Shown here one piece after another: positions 57,107 through 62,115 of a stretch of DNA of 62,115 nucleotides. The notes below the pieces were generated by a model. It was not told the DNA's origin and searched no databases. It saw only the letters and a list, made by a program, of their open reading frames with translations. Numbering within the stretch: position 1 is the stretch's first letter; each line of letters starts with the position of its first letter. The position numbers were made by a program, and so were the translations under genes. The stretch covers positions 1-62,115 of the forward strand of contig CALIZB010000035.1 of NCBI GenBank assembly GCA_938028625.1. Direction: 5' to 3'. Source of the stretch: an uncultured Bacteroidia bacterium. Its GTDB lineage: Bacteria; Bacteroidota; Bacteroidia; JANWVE01.

Positions 57107-58669
57107 CTATTTTGGTTGCGGTACAAGTGTATTCCAGTCGGTAAAAATAAGCGCACCTGCATTTTTTTCAGGAAAATTGGGTTCAAAACGTACCCCAAGC
57201 ACATCTTTGTATAGGCGAGATAACGTGTACATCCATTCGTCAGCACGATAGCCCACATACCGCAAATGAAAAGCATCTAAATTGGTTTTAGCCGCGCGTA
57301 TGTATACAGGTCTGTGAATACCTTTGGCAAAATCCTCAAATCCACGTTGTAACGTTTTATATTTGATATTGATATTTTTATCGCCTGCGTACTGTGGAGG
57401 TCCTTTTTCCATGAGTACATTCTGCCAATGATAAGCCATAGGATTATTAAACCATCTCGGAAAGGAACAAGATGCAAAACCACTTTCTGACGCCATAATT
57501 CCCGTTAAAAACAACGGATGTACTTTGTATTTTTGGGTAACGTCTACAATCAGTTGTGCCATTTCTTTGGGTGTAATAATTTTTTGCCCATCAATAGCTT
57601 CATGAAAATACAAACAATTTGGATAAAAATCATGAATGTACAGTGCTAAACGCTCTATAAATGCCTGTGAATAACAGTCTAACGGAGTGGGATTTTCATA
57701 ATGAGAGGTTTCATACTTATAGAAATCATGTTGTACTTTTGGAATAAGCTGTACCTTGTTTTTATCCGCAGGGATATTTGCCTTGATAGGACGTACACAA
57801 CGAAAACCGATTTCATAATTGTAATTGCTTGGTGCATTATAGCTTCTGTAATGTACGGTTAAAAACTTAGGTGAAGGACTTCCCCATGAACCGCCACGCA
57901 TTACTTTGGTTCGTCCTGTTTTAGGTCCTTTGGGATTATATCTTGGGCTGTTTTTGTAATAATTTTCATCATACCAGTCATTGCACCACTGCCATACGTT
58001 GCCGCTCATATTGTATAATCCGTAGCCATTTTGTTTTTGTGATTTTACCGTTGCCAGACGCCACCAATTACCTATCTTGAAACCTCTTTCTGTATCATAA
58101 TTAGCATATTCATCTTTAAATTCATCTCCCCATGGATAGTTTTTTTGATGCAGTCCTCCTCTTGCGGCATACTCCCACTCCGCTTCTGTGGGCAAACGAT
58201 AACCATTTGCTGTGCTGTCCCATTCATATACAGGATAGCCCCATGCGTCTAATTTATCCGTTTTTTTGTAAGCAGGAGTTAAACCTTCTTTTTTACTCCG
58301 CCAATTACAAAAATCTGCCGCATGATACCAACTTACCCCACTTACAGGCTGTTCAGGCTGATGATACGTTTCATAATACCAATACTTAGCTACTGTTCCG
58401 CCTTCGTTCACATACTGTTCAAAATCAGAGTAAATGACAGGGCATTCGTCCATATAAAAAGCAGAAACAAAAACCGTATGCGTATCTTTTCCTGAACCCA
58501 TTACAAAACTGCCCGAAGGTATTTTTACCATCTTCTTTAAACCGTAATATTCGTTAGGTGCGGTATATTCTGTCAGTTTGTACATCTTGTTTTTATCTTG
58601 CTTTTTACCTTTACAAGAGATTAACAAAAGTGCAATCATCACAAACACAAATGAAAAAATCTGCTTCAT
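57107..58669 (-). CDS. Lipoprotein with an FGE-sulfatase (CLec) domain fused to a lysozyme-like domain
   Basis: Lipobox LISC, RLPTEAEWEYAARGG, MSGNVWQW, RGGSW and IGFRC. C-terminal KYKVHPLFLTGIMASESGF...NNP. Confidence 0.8.
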   Translation of the reverse strand: MKQIFSFVFVMIALLLISCKGKKQDKNKMYKLTEYTAPNEYYGLKKMVKIPSGSFVMGSGKDTHTVFVSAFYMDECPVIYSDFEQYVNEGGTVAKYWYYETYHQPEQPVSGVSWYHAADFCNWRSKKEGLTPAYKKTDKLDAWGYPVYEWDSTANGYRLPTEAEWEYAARGGLHQKNYPWGDEFKDEYANYDTERGFKIGNWWRLATVKSQKQNGYGLYNMSGNVWQWCNDWYDENYYKNSPRYNPKGPKTGRTKVMRGGSWGSPSPKFLTVHYRSYNAPSNYNYEIGFRCVRPIKANIPADKNKVQLIPKVQHDFYKYETSHYENPTPLDCYSQAFIERLALYIHDFYPNCLYFHEAIDGQKIITPKEMAQLIVDVTQKYKVHPLFLTGIMASESGFASCSFPRWFNNPMAYHWQNVLMEKGPPQYAGDKNINIKYKTLQRGFEDFAKGIHRPVYIRAAKTNLDAFHLRYVGYRADEWMYTLSRLYKDVLGVRFEPNFPEKNAGALIFTDWNTLVPQPK

Positions 58670-58723
58670 AATGCGAAATAACAAAAAACCGTATAATAGC
58701 CGCTTATAATATCATTCAAAACC

Positions 58724-59677
58724 TTAACGCAAATAGTTACTAGTTTTTATTCTATGGTTTTTTATCTGTTGTACAGCCTGCAAACTGCGTGGCGTAGGGC
58801 GTACTAAAATATCTTCTTCTATACCAATAATCCGTGATGTGTCTTGTAAACAAGGTAAAACTTTCATTTCAGGATACAGGGAAAGTAAAGTTTCTTTTAT
58901 TTTGTTTTTTTGAGTTTTACTGACAATGATATACTCAGGGCGCTGAGCTAATACAAACTCACGTGTAAGTACAGGATAAGCTGTATTTGTAATACCGCTT
59001 GCAATATTCTCTCCCCCTGCTAATCGTATTACATCATTCATAAAACTGTTTTTGCCTGCTGTGTACAAAGGTTGCGTACCTATAACTAACCACATCTTTG
59101 GGCGTTTGAGAATACTTTCTTGACTGTATTTTTCAAGAATATTTTCTATACTGTCTGCGAGGAAATTTGCTTTCTTTTCTGTTTTCAAAAGTTTTCCCAA
59201 AAGTTGCATACTTCGGGGTATGTCTTTGAGAGTAGAGTAATTGATAAAAAATACAGGAATATTGTGTGGCTTGAACTGTTCTGTGATTTTTACACTCATT
59301 ACTTCGGTAGAGGTTAAAATAAGGTCAGGTTGTAAGGCTAATACCTGCTCTGTGCTTACATTGGGATATACCACTAATTTTTTAGGGTGTTTTTGTGCCG
59401 CTTCGGGATAATTACAGTGTTCTGTAACCGCTACTAATTTATCTTCCGCTCCAATAGTATAGAGGATTTCTGTAATACTGGGTACTAAACACACCACACG
59501 CTTTGGATTTTCCCTGAATACATGCGTTTGCTGTACATCATCAGTGAAAGATAAATCAGCATTTGGCTTTTTTGGGGTTGTACAGGCTGAATGAAAGGCA
59601 ATATATGCAAACAAAGATACTGTGAAAAGTATTTCTCTCCTGTTTCTCTGTACAAATTTTTTTTCTGTGATTTGCAT
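58724..59677 (-). CDS. BtuF-like helical-backbone metal/cobalamin ABC substrate-binding lipoprotein
   Basis: PKRVVCLVPSITEIL, EQVLALQPDL, AGGENI and RPTPR. Confidence 0.85.
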   Translation of the reverse strand: MQITEKKFVQRNRREILFTVSLFAYIAFHSACTTPKKPNADLSFTDDVQQTHVFRENPKRVVCLVPSITEILYTIGAEDKLVAVTEHCNYPEAAQKHPKKLVVYPNVSTEQVLALQPDLILTSTEVMSVKITEQFKPHNIPVFFINYSTLKDIPRSMQLLGKLLKTEKKANFLADSIENILEKYSQESILKRPKMWLVIGTQPLYTAGKNSFMNDVIRLAGGENIASGITNTAYPVLTREFVLAQRPEYIIVSKTQKNKIKETLLSLYPEMKVLPCLQDTSRIIGIEEDILVRPTPRSLQAVQQIKNHRIKTSNYLR

Positions 59678-59736
59678 AGTTGCAAGTATAGCATTTATCT
59701 TTTGTACCTGTGTATTTTTCTGTATTTTTGCTCATC

Positions 59737-60267
59737 ATGAACACAACCGTTGAACAGTATAAAACACAAATAGCACAATGTAAAGATATTTTTATGAAAA
59801 AAGCACAAGATTATGGCACTTCGTGGCAGATTTTACGGCTTCCTTCCCTTACAGACCAGATTTACATAAAGTTGCTTCGTATACGTAACATAGAAGAAAC
59901 AAAAACACAAAAAATTGAAGATAGTATCATCTGTGAATATCAGGGCGTTGTAAATTATTGTATAATCGCATTACTTAAAATTCATTATTCAGATGCAGAT
60001 TTTTCAAATTTATTGCTTTTATCCAAAAAATATGATGAACAGGTACAGAGAGTTCTGGATTTGATGCAAAATAAAAATCAGGATTATGGAGAAGCATGGC
60101 GCGTGATGCGTGTAAGCAGTCTTACGGATTTATGTCTTATGAAAATACAGCGGCTTAAATCTATCGAAGATAATAATGGCAAAACCATAGCTTCGGAAGG
60201 GGCAGAAGCCAACTATATGGACATTATGAACTACTGCGTATTTGCACTTATTCGTTTATGCAATTAG
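59737..60267 (+). CDS. DUF1599 / nucleotide-modification-associated domain protein
   Basis: Tandem K..DYG.(S/A)W repeats and SLTD motifs. Confidence 0.85.
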   Translation: MNTTVEQYKTQIAQCKDIFMKKAQDYGTSWQILRLPSLTDQIYIKLLRIRNIEETKTQKIEDSIICEYQGVVNYCIIALLKIHYSDADFSNLLLLSKKYDEQVQRVLDLMQNKNQDYGEAWRVMRVSSLTDLCLMKIQRLKSIEDNNGKTIASEGAEANYMDIMNYCVFALIRLCN

Positions 60268-61487
60268 AAGATTTAAAGGAAAAATGGTTAGATATTGTAA
60301 GTCAGTATGAAGTATGCCTGTATTTAGACAGCAACCGTGATACACAGGACAGATACACACGCTATGAATGTATAGCTACAGCTGGGCTACAAGATAAATG
60401 TGAAATTTTTTCAGATTGGCAACCTGCATTTAATTTTGTTAAGCAAAATAAAGGAAAATGGATATTTTTTGCTTTTGCGTATGAAGCATACAATGCACCT
60501 CTTTCTTTGCCGTACAAACCTTACACACAGCCCACAGCTGTTTTATGGACACCCAAATATTGGATAACGCTCTCCAAAAATGAGGAAATACAAAGCAATA
60601 ACCTTCCATTTTTTGAACAAAAGGTTTCTGATTTAGAAAAACCTGTTCACTGTATTGAATTACAGCCTGTATGGACAAGAGAAGACTATTTTTCCCGTTT
60701 TAACAAGGTTATTCACCATATCAGGGAAGGTGATGTATATGAGTTAAATTTATGTCAGCTTTTTATGGCAAATGTCCCTGAATTAAACACTTTGGCTGTA
60801 TTCAAAAAAATTCAGAATCAGACAAAAATGCCGTACAGTGCCTACTGGAAATACGCTCCCTATACAGTTATGAGTACATCTCCTGAGCGCATGGTTGCCC
60901 TTCGCAAAGATACTCTTATTGCACAACCGATGAAAGGTACACAACGTAAAACCTCTGAAAATGACACAAAAAGCAAAGTTTTATTACAGCAATCTCTTAA
61001 AAATCGTGCAGAAAACGTTATGATTACAGATTTGATGCGTAATGATTTAGCTAAAAGTTGTATAACAGGTAGTATAGAAGTTGAGCATTTATTTGAAGTG
61101 TTAGACTATGGCAATGTGTATCAGATGATTTCTACAATAAAAGGAACAATTTTACCTGAATACCATTTTTTACATGCTTTTTATAATGTATTTCCTGCGG
61201 GTTCTATGACAGGCGCGCCAAAAAAACGAAGCGTACAAATTATACAAGAGCTAGAAAATAGTCCAAGAGGTTGGTTTTCAGGTAGTATAGGATATATCAG
61301 CCCTTTTCAGGAAGCAGACAGCAACGTGCTTATCCGTAGTTTGTGTTACAATTCAGACTCACAGGAACTGCTTTTACACACAGGGGGAGCTGTAGTCTAT
61401 CATTCTGATGCTGTACAGGAATATGAAGAAACCCTCCTTAAAGCAGAGCGAATACGAGATATACTGACAGGGAAAAATACTCTCTGA
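60258..61487 (+). CDS. pabB: Aminodeoxychorismate synthase component I (chorismate-binding)
   Basis: GDVYELN, SPER, PMKGT, AENVMITDLMRND and GSMTGAPK. Confidence 0.85.
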   Translation: MQLEDLKEKWLDIVSQYEVCLYLDSNRDTQDRYTRYECIATAGLQDKCEIFSDWQPAFNFVKQNKGKWIFFAFAYEAYNAPLSLPYKPYTQPTAVLWTPKYWITLSKNEEIQSNNLPFFEQKVSDLEKPVHCIELQPVWTREDYFSRFNKVIHHIREGDVYELNLCQLFMANVPELNTLAVFKKIQNQTKMPYSAYWKYAPYTVMSTSPERMVALRKDTLIAQPMKGTQRKTSENDTKSKVLLQQSLKNRAENVMITDLMRNDLAKSCITGSIEVEHLFEVLDYGNVYQMISTIKGTILPEYHFLHAFYNVFPAGSMTGAPKKRSVQIIQELENSPRGWFSGSIGYISPFQEADSNVLIRSLCYNSDSQELLLHTGGAVVYHSDAVQEYEETLLKAERIRDILTGKNTL

Positions 61488-61495
61488 AAAGATAT

Positions 61496-62115
61496 TTATG
61501 CTCTTTTTTCCCATTCAAAAACCGCAAGATTTTTGCTGTTCAGGTCAAAATCATTCCTACTAAATAAATCTCTTTACCTTCATTCATATATTTTTCGTAG
61601 TATTTTTTAGTTTTAATCTGTTGTAAAGCACTTTCATTATGGTGTGCCATCTTGAACTCAAATACATAGAGTTTCTCCCTCAATTGCAAGGTTAAATCTA
61701 TTCTGCCAATATTCGTATGGTCTTCTATGATACAATTTAAGCCGATTCCCTTGAAAAACGCATATATAACAGAACCATAAAATCCTTCATAATCTTTTAC
61801 CTGCTGACTGTATGTGTAACTTATACCTGAAAACAAAGTTTTTAGCTATTTCTCAAATAAGGTAAAATCGCTGTTATTTAACGCTTTCCATGTATTTACC
61901 GTAAGGTTACCTAACAAAAAATTCGTATCCGTAAAACTTCTTAACAACGCTTGATTTAGGCTGTATTCTACTTCAAAATTTGGATAGCCCAATTCATACA
62001 TGGCTATTCCCGTAGTTTGAAAACGGTCTTTTATGGTTAAATACCCTGTTTGCCATAGTACAGATACGATGGGTAAGTCTTGTATATCAAAGGTAGAAAG
62101 TAAAATTTCATCTGT
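61496..62115 (-). pseudogene. 3' part of a decayed AAA-ATPase / PD-(D/E)XK nuclease gene
   Basis: LWQTGYLTI, YPNFEV, GRIDL...FEFK and ALQQI..KKY. In-frame TAG at 61846-61848 and a frameshift near 61550 before the tail FDLNSKNLAVFEWEKRA. Confidence 0.85.

Noticed and set aside
57790-57900. FGE/CLec domain as a diversity-generating retroelement target
   Set aside because: I found no template-repeat copy and no reverse transcriptase in the window, and the VR-equivalent segment is internal rather than C-terminal. A remote DGR cannot be excluded.
59678-59736. Cobalamin riboswitch upstream of the BtuF-like gene
   Set aside because: The intergenic gap is about 60 bp and holds only divergent promoter boxes, with no B12-box.
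61846-61848. In-frame TAG as stop-codon recoding
   Set aside because: TAG terminates many normal genes here (for example rpsR and ssb), and the same gene also has a frameshift.

Overview
An AT-rich chromosomal segment from a Bacteroidota bacterium, probably a deep-branching Bacteroidia-like lineage. The assignment rests on TAnnTTTG promoters, T9SS cargo proteins, porX, DUF4295/bL38 and bshC. The window holds about 55 mostly housekeeping, envelope and secreted-protein genes, including dapD, rsmE, dapA, rpmG, topA, fmt, porX, rdgB, uppP, bshC, rpsF-ssb-rpsR-rplI, wecB and pabB. I saw no rRNA, tRNA, CRISPR array, transposase, integrase or reverse transcriptase. The most notable observations: (1) four dispersed copies of a 100-130 bp GC-rich, modular, highly structured intergenic element with fixed ends and GNA-loop hairpins; (2) sixteen genes whose start codon lies only 3-9 nt after a perfect -7 promoter box, suggesting pervasive leaderless or ultrashort-leader mRNAs, while well-spaced SD motifs were noticed only before two ribosomal-protein genes; (3) a lipoprotein fusing an FGE/CLec domain to a lysozyme-like domain; (4) an operon of a secreted LRR protein, a catalytically dead M61 peptidase and an unknown secreted protein; (5) a stand-alone wHTH replication-initiator-like gene; (6) a Q/N-rich prion-like small protein; (7) Chlorobi/Ignavibacteria-like traits. 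All family assignments come from motif recognition by eye, not database searches.
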